Assembly: GCF_006345805.1 (NCBI RefSeq)
Contig: NC_043002.1
Location: 15,066,001-15,130,000, forward strand
Source of the DNA: Octopus sinensis
Lineage: Eukaryota
Direction of reading: 5' to 3'
Length of the DNA stretch: 64,000 nucleotides
The position numbers were made by a program, and so were the translations under genes. Positions 24,604-36,930 of the stretch are shown piece by piece; within the stretch, counting starts at the first letter, position 1; each line of letters starts with the position of its first letter. The notes beneath the pieces were generated by a model. That model was not told the origin of the DNA and did not search any database. It saw only the letters and a list, made by a program, of their open reading frames with translations.

Positions 24604-26230
24604 TAAGGGATTAAATAGATATTGGTGGGAGAAAAATGAAAGAAAGAAAATCGTCGATATAGTATGAACATGACAAAGATCAACTTATCGTTATACTGAA
24701 ACAGTTTAGAATTAATATTTTGGCATTTCACACATAAGACACAGTGTTGCAAATACACGAGTCGGTTCTCATAAGTGCATCGTTGCCTCTCTTTCTAGAA
24801 ATATAGTGATGTAAGAGAATCAGCGCGGACACCACCGACACAAGGAAAGATACATAGAAGTGCGCCCTCGTACTTGTGGTGACATCTGTATATATGTGTG
24901 TACACAGACAGGCGGGCATATGCGCACTCGCACACACAAGTGCACACAGAGACAGCAGCACATCTGCACGCACATGCGAATAACAAAACAAACTCATATA
25001 CAAGTATAAGCTCACTGCAGAATTAGCACAATTGCGCAAATGCAAATGTTTTAATATTTTATTTATATAACTAAGATATCATCTTTTACATAGGTGCTCA
25101 AAGGCTATGTTAGGTGTGTCGTAATTTTAGAACTTTATTCCTGACATTGTTGAGCGTACTAAACGTTTTATTCTTAAATTACGAAAGTTTCTTGTTCAAA
25201 TCTATACATTCTGGGTTTCCGAAACATTATTTCCGTTTTGACAACCACTGAATAAATATATCTATGGTAAACATAACAATGTATAGAGAATATTTATCTA
25301 CTATCTATCACGGAATATTAGTAAAACCAGTTATAACAACACTACCGAATGTGTCTGTAGAAAGGAAAATCTCAAACATCCTCTTCATCTTAACTACACC
25401 AAAATAATTCGACAATGTCCCAATTTGAAATCTTCTGCATATAGAATTCGAGATCTCTAAACACAGGCTAATTTTGATCCAAATATTGCTTTTCTAATAG
25501 CTCCACTTCTACCACAAATATATACCTACAGATTACAATCACTATCTGTTGATACCAATATTTGTAGTTATATCTCTTGACAAGACATATTCCAGTAGTT
25601 TCAACCATTGCTAAATGTGAACAATGTTAATCCTCTCCTTATTCTAATATTCAACACGCTACTTCAATCTATCTCTCTATCTTTCTCCAACACACTGCTT
25701 CCCTGTCAATTGTTACATCGTCACCTTTGTAACTGCGGAAATGGCATTCCTTATCTCCTTTCCCTGTGAAACCCAACTCGTGTAACCTTAATAAATAACA
25801 CACCGTAACATTTACGTTATCTCACCTTTAGTGTGACAAATCTTTTGTTTCATCGCCTACATTTTAATTCTTGTACAACACTGACCTCTGGCTGTCAACT
25901 CGAACAACTGAAATAGTTTACTGGTGATAACGCATTTCAGTCCTTCCCATTCTTCTCCAGCCAAGAATAATATGAATGTATTCTATACCATTGCAGTTAA
26001 ACCTATCTTAACATTGAAAATAAAAAGTTTCAATGCATTATCGAATGGGCATATGAAAACATTACGTATATAACAGCACCAACATATACTCACTTTGTAC
26101 ATCTTTCCATGGGCGAGAATGTGTGATAATGCTTACGCTATGCTTGTCATCAAAGGAAACATATATGTTTGTGCGTTTGTGATAAGTATGCAGTTAAACG
26201 TGCAACATATTCGTTGAATTAAAATAATTG

Positions 26231-26408
26231 TTTCAAATTTTGCCACAAGGGCAGCCATTATGGGATAGGGATGTTTCAACTACTAATTATTTTATCGATA
26301 CCGAAAGCATGAAAGGTAAAGTCGATCTTGGCGTAAGTTGGACTCAGAACGTAGCTACGCGCAAAATACCGCTAAGCATTAGGTTCGACGTGCTAACAAT
26401 ATTGTTAC
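26231..26408 (-). mobile_element. SINE family D, diverged
   Basis: GAAAGGTAAAGTCGATCTTGGCG...GACTCAGAACGTAG...AATACCGCTAAGCAT. Confidence 0.65.
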
Positions 26409-26711
26409 CATGTTTGTTCCTTATCGTGCCATCCCTGGTTCATAAGGGCAGTTTTCCCGGTTTCCTTGGCGTATAGGTTCCCCACGTGGACGAGACGCCG
26501 GTCCATCGTAGGTGAGGTGCAAGAGGCAGGAGGAAGGAGTGAGAGAATTTTGTGGCGAAAGAGCCAGCAGAAGTTCGCCATTACTTTCTGCCGGAGCCGC
26601 GTGGAGCTTAGGTGTTTCGCTCATAAGCACATACATCGCCAGGTCTTAGATTCGAACCCGCGATCCCTCGAACGCGAGTCCGCTGCTCTAACCACTAGGC
26701 CATGTACCTCC
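26409..26711 (-). mobile_element. SINE family A head with tail type 3 (V-domain-like)
   Basis: Family A-like head and body; tail CGATGGACCGGCGTCTCGTCCA...TACGCCAAGGAAACCGGGAAA resembles the 3' half of family B. Confidence 0.7.
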
Positions 26712-28255
26712 ACACTGCCACCTCACCCCCGTTATGTTTAAATAAACGCTAATTGCTGTATCCATCACAACAAAACTAACAACTATGTTGCAGAATAGTA
26801 AAAAAAGTTTGGTCTAAATTCTATAGACAATAAATGGAAATGAACAATTGAGATTAATACTTCTAAGAATATCAAATATAAGGAATATATTAATACAACA
26901 ACATTGTAATACATTCGTGAATCATAGAGATATATCGAGTTATCTATTTCTTGGATATTGTCCTTTGCCCACTTATTTTACGGAGTGTTTAGAATATTTT
27001 TTCTGATACCTTAACAAACATCGATGTGAACATGATCTCAAAATTTGGAGATCCGCTTTTGAACCATCCCTGATGAAGACATAAGGGGTTTAAATTTTCT
27101 GATTTAACGTTTCCATACTCATCCGCTGCATACACCGCAGAGTTTGATGCGTATATAACACAATCCTAGTACAGCAAAATTAGTACAGAGGTTCCTGTCA
27201 ATACAAACATATAATGGTTTATAACCTGAAGATGATATTTGATAATCTGTTGCAGGGAGTGTATTTGATTTTGGATAATATTCATAATAAGTTCTTCCAT
27301 TTATTGTGTCTCAGTAAAGGAAATCCTATTTTAGTAATGCCTGTATCCGTTTATCTCATTGTAATATATAGTGACATGTCGAAGTGTCAGTGATATTGTA
27401 AAGCACAATTTACCAGCTGTAGTTTTGTGAGGGTTTGAATAAGTTTCTGTAGTCCATGGGTGTACTTCTTATTGCCAAGATGGTCTTTCATGTAAGAATA
27501 TTTACGTACAATATTTGAAAGTAATGCTTATCGAGCTTGACTGTATGCCGTATCTTAGCATGACCATCGGAAAATAACACATGACGGAGGAAACCGATTA
27601 ATATATAGCCTTTCATAAGTTAGTTTTATAAAATTAAAGATGTGCAAATTCAACATTAAAGCGTGTATATCTTAATCCGGCAATCAGGCTTGATTTTGTC
27701 TTACGTAATAAAGAAAAGCAAATAGTATTACGCTTATATGTGATATTAATACCTCTTCTTTATTAGTATATTGTAAATACACTTGGTAACTTTAGCATTT
27801 TTAAAATTTTTATTTCTAATTCTGTGTGCAGATGCACATGATTCGGAAGAATTTTAAAGCATACTTTCCAACAAATAGTTCAAACTTTATTACTGAATTG
27901 AAGATTATATACATTATAAGGCGATGTCAGTAGGGATATTATTTGTTTTAAAACTGTTTTATGCTAAAACGTTGTCAAATTGATGTCTAATATTTGTAAT
28001 TTTGCGTGTGTTGTGTTATTAAAATTTCAAAATGAAACAAAAAAAAAAGAAAAGAAATCATCAGAAAAGAACTAATTTGTAGTAATTTCCATTAACATTT
28101 GTTTTGTACTTTTGTTTTTTGCATTACGCTCCTGGGTAATTATCATAGAAGATGGAATAGAAAACTATAATTATGGCAAAGAACATTTGTTATAGAGTAA
28201 TTGATATTCGAGAATAACAGCAACTTTAAATAACATCACAAGGAACAAGAACAAA

Positions 28256-28726
28256 ATAATAATAATAATAATAATAATGACGATGAAGAGGATGATGATG
28301 ATGATAACGATAATAATAATAATAATGATAATAATAATAATAATAATAATAAGAAGAAGAAGAAGAAGAAGAGGCAGAAGGAGAAGAAGAAGAAGAGGCA
28401 GAAGGAGAAGAAGAAGAAGAGGCAGAAGGAGAAGAAGAAGAAGATGAAGTGGAAGAAGAGGAAGTGGAAGAAGGAGAAGAAGAAGAAGAAGAAGAAGAAG
28501 AAGAGAAGAAGAAGAAGAAGAAGAAGAGAAAGAAGAAGAAGAAGAAGAAGAAGAAGAAGAAGAAGAGAGAAGAAGAAGAAGAAGAAGAAGAAGAGAAGAA
28601 GAAGAAGAAGAAGAAGAGAAGAAGAAGAAGAAGAAGAAGAAGAAGAAGAGGAAGAGGAAGAAGAAGAAGAAGAAGAAGAAGAAGAAGAAGAAGAAGAAGA
28701 AGAAGAAGAAGAAGAAGAAGAAGAAT
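28256..28726. repeat. Compound (AAT)n/(GAT)n/(GAA)n trinucleotide tract
   Basis: Direct reading; purine-only on + strand from 28466 to 28725. Confidence 0.95.
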
Positions 28727-29364
28727 ACGGAAAAGAAAAAAAGAGAAGAAGAATTTGCATTTACAGAACTGTGTTTGTTGGATGACAGCACTAGAAGGCT
28801 ACCAACCAAGGCTAAAGTCACTATCTTTCAGCTGTGGTAGATTAGCTTCATGAATAAGTTCCCTGACGTTTTTGTTCATAGGGTTTTCATGCTTATTATT
28901 TTTATTGCAACTGCCTAAATCGCTATTGGCTTTAGCACCAGTACTCCTGATAACAAATAATATCATTTGCATGGGCGTTGAATACTTAGAGAGTAATCGT
29001 TTTTCAACCTGCAGGATGAACATATAACAATATAAACACAGTCGTTACAGAGCACGAAATGTACTATGAACACCCTATATACGTGAGTGTTGATCACAAT
29101 TGGGGAAGGGGAAGTCAGTGAAATGTGAAAGGAGAGCATGTACTCAAAATATATACTGAATGCTTGTGGAGGCCTTAGATTCAGTATGAGTATCGGCACC
29201 CATGAAATTTAGAAAAGTGTGATGCTTAGAGAGTGAGACAACTGTGAAATTTGCTTGAAAGACAAAGAGAAATTACCCAGCTTTCGTGATGAAAGAAGAG
29301 GTTTGGGGGTTTATATCATGGAAATAACTGATCGAAAAGTTCGAAGATCTTGAAAGTGTGTATA

Positions 29365-29431
<67 letters not shown>

Positions 29432-29492
29432 ACTCTAAATTTAGCGTGAATATTTGATAAGTTTAAGCACCTACATATGCCAGATAGTGGGA

Positions 29493-29556
<64 letters not shown>

Positions 29557-30275
29557 CGTATGTATATATGTATACATACATACGTATGTATATATGTATA
29601 TATATATATATATATGTGTGTGTGCCTGTGTGTTTCGGGCAGTTAGACCCTTGTGATGCTTCGATCTGATTGCCTCCGCCCTAAAAAGTCTAACGTAAGT
29701 GCATTAGACCCATTTGTAAGAAAGCTAGCGAATGTGTAGGACAAAACGACATAAAACAGAGAACATTTTAAGCCATTACGAATACAAACAACAAGGAATA
29801 ACAACATCTGTCTTTCGACTGAGAACGAATCAAATTGAGTTGAAATGTATGAAGTGAATGCCTAAAGGCAGTTACGTAAGGGACGGGCATAAGAGGTGAT
29901 GGCGGTCGGTGGTCAAGCCAAGAAAGAAAGATCATGGCTTGCTGGTCACCGGTCTCTTCGAAGGAGGAGAGATATGAGGAGGCAGCGGGATTGAAGGATT
30001 AGAAAAAAATCAATGACAAAACGAAAGATACAAGGGAGATAAGCGAGTGGGAAATAGTGGGAGTTAAAGAAAGAGAGTGCCAAGAAAAGTGAGAGAGAGG
30101 GAGAGCGAGAAGATGGAAAAAGGAAGAAAGTGAGAGGAGGACTAAAGTATAGAGTAAGAGTCGTACAAAATTTAGACACATACCTACATATATAACTGTT
30201 AAACAGGAGGTCAAACATTAAGACAAGGCGACTATCTCAAATCATATACGATAATGTTACAGGAAAAAATTGAAA

Positions 30276-30331
30276 ATCTTACAGCTGTTTCTGGGACATA
30301 CTCGAGTATGGGATATTCCGTCGTCAGAGAC
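30276..30331 (-). ncRNA. Type I hammerhead motif with variant helix II junction
   Basis: Minus strand: GTCT CTGACGA C GGA...CATAC-tcga-GTATG TCC CA GAAA CAGCTG TA AGAT; palindromic ACAGCTGT, GUA site. Confidence 0.55.
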
Positions 30332-30500
30332 GCATTGGAGGAAAATATGGAAAATGAGGAAAGTATATATCAATAAGTGACAACATTGTGGAAGGGTGTA
30401 ACAGATTAAGGAGATGGAAGGAGAGAAGAAAAAAGTATCATTAAAGTTCATAGTTCAAATTTCCGAAGTTTTATATATACATAAGGAAAGAAAATAAATA

Positions 30501-30536
30501 GGATTTCAGTTTTCGAGCGGAGCTCTTCATCAGAAA
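30501..30536 (-). ncRNA. Hammerhead remnant with intact core and helix II but decayed helix III
   Basis: Minus strand: TTT CTGATGA A GAGC-tcc-GCTC GAAA ACTGAAAT; no valid NUH triplet. Confidence 0.4.
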
Positions 30537-30602
30537 TATAGAAAAAAGTCCAATGAAGGGCAGACGGAGGAAAAAAATCGCCAACGATACGCACGCGTTC
30601 AC

Positions 30603-30624
30603 AGATAGATAGATATATAGATAT

Positions 30625-30658
<34 letters not shown>

Positions 30659-30659
30659 C

Positions 30660-30719
<60 letters not shown>

Positions 30720-30735
30720 CATACATACATACATA
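30603..30735. repeat. (GATA)n/(CATA)n microsatellite
   Basis: Direct reading. Confidence 0.95.
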
Positions 30736-30740
30736 TAAAT

Positions 30741-33615
30741 TTTCGTTTTGTAGTTTCAGCTCATAGCTGTGGCCATGCTGGTGCACGGCTGTCTTGCTAC
30801 AATTTAATTACTGAGATCTTCCATTAATATATGGCACTTGGTGTAGAATGGGATTTGATGTAGCTACGCTTATTTGCACCTCTTGCCTTGAGATAGGTTC
30901 ATCTGGGACTCTCGATAGGAAGTGGTCCAGCCTTGATTTAAAAACGCTTACATCTACTTTCTGGAGATTCCTCAGGCCTTTTGGGAGACTATTTCAAAGC
31001 AGTGGGCCCCTGATGCCTAGGCTGTTACTGTAACTGGTTCTGAAGAATGATGGTATTGCTGGGATCTTTGGCACAATGCACTATCTGGCATTAGTGTAGC
31101 TTTCAATATCAAAATTTGGCACTATGCCTTTCAGGATCTTCCAGATGTACACTACTGCATATCTGTCCCCCTTCGCTCTAGGGAGTAGAGTCTTAGTTGT
31201 TTCAGCCTTTCCCAGTAGCTGAGCCGTTGCAAAGAGACGTTCTTCTTTGTGAAGCTTCGCTGAATTTCTTCAAGGTCCATTGTTGGGAGCAGTAATCCAG
31301 GCGCTTGAGGATGATTGTCCTCCAGAGGACCATCATGGTTTCTTCATCTCTGGTTCTGAATGTCCTTAGGATCCATCCTGCCTGTCGTCTGCACTTTGCC
31401 GCCATCCTGGTGATGTACACTTGGAAAGAGGTATCATCACTCATGTCGATACCCAGGTCCCTCAATGATGTAGGCTCTAGGATTGTAATTCCCTGTGGAC
31501 TAGTTTACCCTGTAAGTTTCATATTCCGTTTTGGACGCTGGTAGTGCAGGGTATGGAATTTGTCAGTATTAAACTGCAAATCTGTAAACAGCCCATCAGT
31601 AAATTGAGTCCAACACCTGCTGCAGATGTGCAACATCGCCGGTGTTCTGTATTTTGTGTGAGACATTCGTATCATCTGCATAACTAGCATGTATCGCTAT
31701 CCGGGAAGTTAAGAGTATATCTGAGAGGGTCACTCTTAAAAGCAGTGGTCCCAAGAGAGTGCCCTGTGGAACACCGCTTGCTATTTGTGTTTTCATTGGG
31801 GTGGAGACATTGGCCAGAAAGTCATGTAACCACTCTCCACGTTTTCCAGCTATGCCGAGATCACACACTTTGTGGCATATCATACCATGTTCCATCTTGT
31901 CAAAAGCCTTTGCAAATTCAATGTATATTACATCAACGTTTGAGTTGTTGAGTAACTGCCTCACCACCCAATCATAATGTTGTAAGAGCTGCATCAGACT
32001 GTTCGTTCCTGGTCACTCAGCAAATTATTTACTTCAGGGAATGCGATTAGTTTCCCTCTGACTATCCGTTCCATGACTTTGCTGATGTGTGAAGTCAGAG
32101 AGATAGGCCTATAGTTTTCGGTATCTGCTTTGCTTCCCAATTTATGGATTGGGCATATTATTACCTCCTTTAGTTCTCTTGACAATTTGCTATTTGTCAG
32201 AAAGCTCTGGAAGAGAATGTGGAGGGGTTTTGCCAGGGCATGCTTACACGATTTGGGGAGGATTACTGGGAAACTATCAGGACGAGCAGTTGAGTTTGCT
32301 TCTACCTCATCTATGGCTAGTAGTATATCGTCTTCGATAATGGCAAGGTTTTCCATCGTAACTGCCCCGCTGGCTATAGGTGAGGTGGCAAAAAAGTCCT
32401 TTGGCTCATTCTCTTGTCTGTGTTCCAACGGACTGGTAAAGAAAATTTTGAACTGGTCATTCAGTACCCCACTAATCCTGGTTGAACTATCTGTGAGGGA
32501 ACCATCCTTTTCGAAGAGGGGGCCTATCTTGCAGCGAATTGATTCTGTTTCTTTGCCGTAATGAAAGAAGGCCTTTGGTTTTGTCGTAATATTTTTTATA
32601 ACCCAGGCTTCTTTGTGTGCTCCTTCCCTCATAAAGGATTGTTGCAGGCTGTTTTCAATCTCCATCAGTGTTGTATTTAGACGGGAATTTTCTATACTTT
32701 GGGGATGTTGGTTGAGTCCATTTGCAAACGTCATCCGTCATTTCATGAGCATCTTCCTCTTCTTTGGAATCTTGTTCCTATTTCTTGTAGCATTGTGCTC
32801 TGGAACATATTTCTAGCATATGGCTTACACAACAGACATGAAATATTCTAGTTTCATGTCAATGCCTGGTGTGGAGAGACATTTCGACCATTCCTGTCTC
32901 CGGATCCCTTTTTGGATCGATTTCCAGTCTGGTTTGTGGAAGTTCACATTGGAGAGCTTTCGGATGCTTTCATTAGGCTGTATGTCTCTGGCTACTTTCC
33001 CCCAACCATAGACAGCTCTATTAGGTTTATGATCCGAGGCTACTGTCGGCGTCACTTTCACATCATGAATGATGTCTATATTGTTCGTGGGCAAAGAATC
33101 AAAATTTTATTCACCCTAGTACGTCTGAATACAACTTGCTCCATGAATAGGGCATTGGTGAGGTTGAGCAGGGACTCCATCTGTGCTTGCTTGCAATGAG
33201 TAATTCCTGAGAGCATGAGACGTTGGGGAGGTTGAAATCACTCATAAGAAATATGGTCACGTGGTGTTCCAGTTGCATGAGGATTACTTTAATTCTTGTA
33301 AGGCAATCTTCAAACTTGCCTATGTGGTTTGGGGCAACCGTTGGGAAATATCTATTGCATATGACTATATTGTGTTGTCTTATATATACAATTAGCGTAT
33401 CACAAACTGAATGTAAGTATGACAGTAAGACCCGGGCAACTCTATCATGGCTCCTTTCCCTTCTGTCTGTTCGCAGTATGGCATATTTCGATACGTGTAC
33501 TTCTGCATCCTCTAATCAGGGCTAAGGTGAGTTTATAGGAGAGCTATGCATAGGGCTTGATTGCATGCAGCAAGGTCTCTCAGGAAATACTTTTGCTTTT
33601 GTTATGATGCACTCC
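30741..33615 (-). mobile_element. Decayed CR1-type non-LTR retrotransposon, ORF2 (APE endonuclease plus reverse transcriptase) and 3' tail
   Basis: Minus-strand frames give AILRTDRRERSH and VASDH (APE), then PIHKLGSKADTENYRPISLTSHISKVMERIV, FAKAFDK, SGVPQGTLLGPLL, YADD and RDLGIDMSDD (RT and C-terminus); many stops, frameshifts and deletions. Confidence 0.9.
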
Positions 33616-33619
33616 AATT

Positions 33620-34370
33620 ATGAAGAAGAGAGAGGATGAGGCCAATAAACATTCAACACTCTGTCTACACTGTGTGAAAGGCCTCTCCGAAAAGATACAA
33701 AAGACATGCGGCCCATATGACATCAAGACAGTATTCAAGAGTAATACAGCACTTCGCAAATATCTCCGAGTAAAACCACCTGTAGAAGAGAATATGACCA
33801 AGACTGCGTGTACTCCATTCCATGCGGCCGTGGCAGGTTATACAAAGGCGAAACATGCTGTCCCCTCAAAATAAGGGTAGACGATCATCGTAAAGCTGAG
33901 ATACGGGATCATATTGATACATCGGGTATAGCTGATCATGCATGGAGAAATGGACACCACCTCCCCCTGTGGGATGAAGTTAAAATAATAGACAGAGAAC
34001 ACCACTGAAAAATTCGAAAACTAAATGAAGCAGCACATATGCTAAGACACAACAGCCTGTTAAGTAGACCGAGTGCAGATATGAGCAGCATATGGGAACC
34101 GGTATTAAGAAAAGATAGAAAAATATTAGATTTATAAGCCATAAAATTCACTCCAAGCTTCCGAGCTCGATTCCAAGCAGTGACCTGAACAATGATAATA
34201 ATAATAGTAACATCGAAAAAATACCTTAGGAATGAGTACCCAGGTTCCAAATTTCCCCACGGCACCTAAAGAATGCTGGAGGGTATAGCTGCTGAAACGT
34301 TGTGTTAACAACAAACAAGATGAGGACAAATATCCATCGAATGTAAATATTATAACACAGCTGTTGTTTA
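33620..34370 (+). mobile_element. 5'-truncated Penelope-like element: GIY-YIG endonuclease remnant and pLTR
   Basis: CVKGLSEKIQK...IKTVFKS linker, then YSIPCGRGRLYKGETCCPLKIRVDDH...GIADHAW...WDEVKIIDREHH; frameshifted; followed by a hammerhead remnant. Confidence 0.85.
34262..34305 (+). ncRNA. Decayed pLTR hammerhead (G5 mutated)
   Basis: GCAC CTAAAGA A ...helix II eroded... GAAAC GTT GTGT; palindromic AACGTT. Confidence 0.5.
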
Positions 34371-34476
34371 CACACCCGTGTTGTGTGTATGTGTACATAT
34401 ATACAAATATGTATATACATAAATATAAATATGTCCACATGTATATATTTATACATATATATATTATATATATATA

Positions 34477-34511
<35 letters not shown>

Positions 34512-34518
34512 TAAGTAT

Positions 34519-34580
<62 letters not shown>

Positions 34581-36429
34581 ATATATATATACAGACCCTA
34601 AAACTTCATAATTTCAAAGAAACTGAACGTTATTTCATCGTATTGAACTTCAATATCTGGAAGCAGCTATTTTGGCTTTGTTTCAGAAAGAAAAAAGAAA
34701 ATGCAAATTTTGTCGATTTTCAGGCGCTGGTATTGCAATGAAAATAAACTAATACGTGCTGACAAGCAACGAAACATCAGCCAATGATACAAAATTGACG
34801 TCAGTTTTCATGAGTGTCACTTTTCATATCAAGCTTGTTTCTCATACATAAAAAATAATTCACGCAGTTCTCAAAGTTAATTGAATTTTGCTTCAAACTT
34901 TTCAAATAGTCAGAAATATATGAGAATCATATAATTATATTTTTTTAAATATTTGTATGAGATATCCATTTTGTTTTCGTTTTATTTATTTCAAATATGA
35001 TATTTTCTCTACAGTTTTATTAATGATGAGGGTGTCATCTTAGCGGAAATAGCAATCAAGGTGAAAAGACACGTGCTATCTCTTTTCAACTGATGCAGAA
35101 TATAAACGAATCAGATATTAAATACAAAATCTAAACCATTCATGTTTAGAAAAAAAATTACTCTGCGTCGTTTTAAGGCAAACATTTTTATTTTATGAAT
35201 TTAATATAGAAAGTTCTTTCACTTAGATTAGGAAATTAACACAATATATTCAGAACTCAGGAATACCGAATAATTCTGTTCTTAGTATATATCTGTCATA
35301 ATCTGGAGAAAGTAAATATTGGTGATGCAAGTTTGTGGAATTCAGTAAGCAAAGTTTGCAATATTTTAGATATTCCGGAATAAACATTATCATTAATATT
35401 AGGAGACTTCGCACGGATTTGTGTAGGTGTTCTGGCTGTACTCCTCCATCGCGCCATTCGAGCGATTGCCCCGCTTACAACCTACATAGTGTACAAGGAA
35501 TCTTGGAGACGTTTGTAATTATGACGTAATAGGAAGTAACTTATTTATATAGGCTATTTAAGTAAATAGTTTAATTTTTTCTAGCACGTTACTTTCTTAA
35601 AATATCATTCAAATTTATGAATATTTCAAATATCAATTAAAAAATATGTGTATATTATTAGTTTCGTCCCCTACTTAACGAGGCGTGCTAACATATATCA
35701 AAGGCATGTCTGGCTTCTTTAAAAAATGAATAAATCTGCCATCCCCCCCAAATAGAGAGGCAAATAGCAAATTATTATTCATAAAAAATACCGGAACCGG
35801 ACCATGAAATGTAATTAAAGAGAATTAAAAGTGTGATATTTCATCAAAATTTCTACTGAGTTCCTGGCGTTAAAGGTGCTGCGATAAAAATCCTACAAAG
35901 GGGGCATGTTCCCCAATTGAGAAATTAGTTGGGATGGTTAGGACTATATGGCCCTTCTGAAAATTCTCTAACAATTCTGATAGCAAAACAGCATTTGCTC
36001 TATTTCTCAGACATAGGCTGTTTTAGATTAAATCGCATGTAGATTATTTTGCAAGTAGTGTACAATAAAGGAGACTGTGGTTTGGTCAAATGAACTCACA
36101 TAGAGTATGGAAGCCGGTGGCGCGATCCCGGATGTAACTAATCGCAACTGCAGATATCGATGGTAGTTACCGATTTCAGATTTTTTATATTCAACTACAC
36201 TTAGAACTTCGGCAACTTTTATCTCGTTAAGGATCGATAAAATAACTAACATTCGAGAAATGAGATCGATGCAAACAGCCTCTTCTCTCACTCAAAATTG
36301 GCTTATAGTAAAATGGTGTAATATAATGGAAATTTATGTGTGTGTGTATATGTATGTATGTGTGTTTGTGTGCGTGTTATGATGATAGGCATCCGTTGGT
36401 CAGCTGTTGATGGTGGTTCAGTGGAGTGG

Positions 36430-36930
36430 CAGTGTTGCATGCAGGGACTGCATGTGCAAATGCACTTCACCAGCGCTACTGAGTTTTCCTTTCTTCAAGG
36501 GCGCTTTTCTTCGGTGGTAATTTTTAGTTTCTCTTCTCCTCGCGCCATTCTTTAGCGTAGTATTCGTCTTCAATATGAGCGACCATTTTCGACCCAGTTC
36601 CATCTTGAGACGTCCATATATATTGGTATTATAGCATTCTTGCAGACATCTTTGAAATGAAGAGAGAACAGAAAATGATAGAAATGATTTGAGGTGAGCA
36701 CGAATGAGCTGAATGCGCATGGTGGAAAAGCACGTTATCCTGTTGAAGCACGAACACCATCACATCGGAGGAACGCTGCAAGCATTGAGATAAGCGAGAA
36801 ACAACGCACATAAGATAGAGATACGTTGCTTACAATTATGCGTTGGCGTGTCTTTTGACAAAGGTAACTGTCATGGAATGTATGAGAGCATACAGAAAAC
36901 CATCGGCCCAACCAAGAGCAAGTTAGCTTC
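36430..36930 (-). mobile_element. Highly decayed mariner transposase C-terminal remnant
   Basis: Minus-strand frames VLQQDNVLFH (DNARPH-like) and SRWNWVENGRSY (RW..CVE..GDY-like). Confidence 0.5.

Noticed and set aside
27065-27110. CTGATGA followed by AACGTT
   Set aside because: No helix II or GAAA in the required positions.
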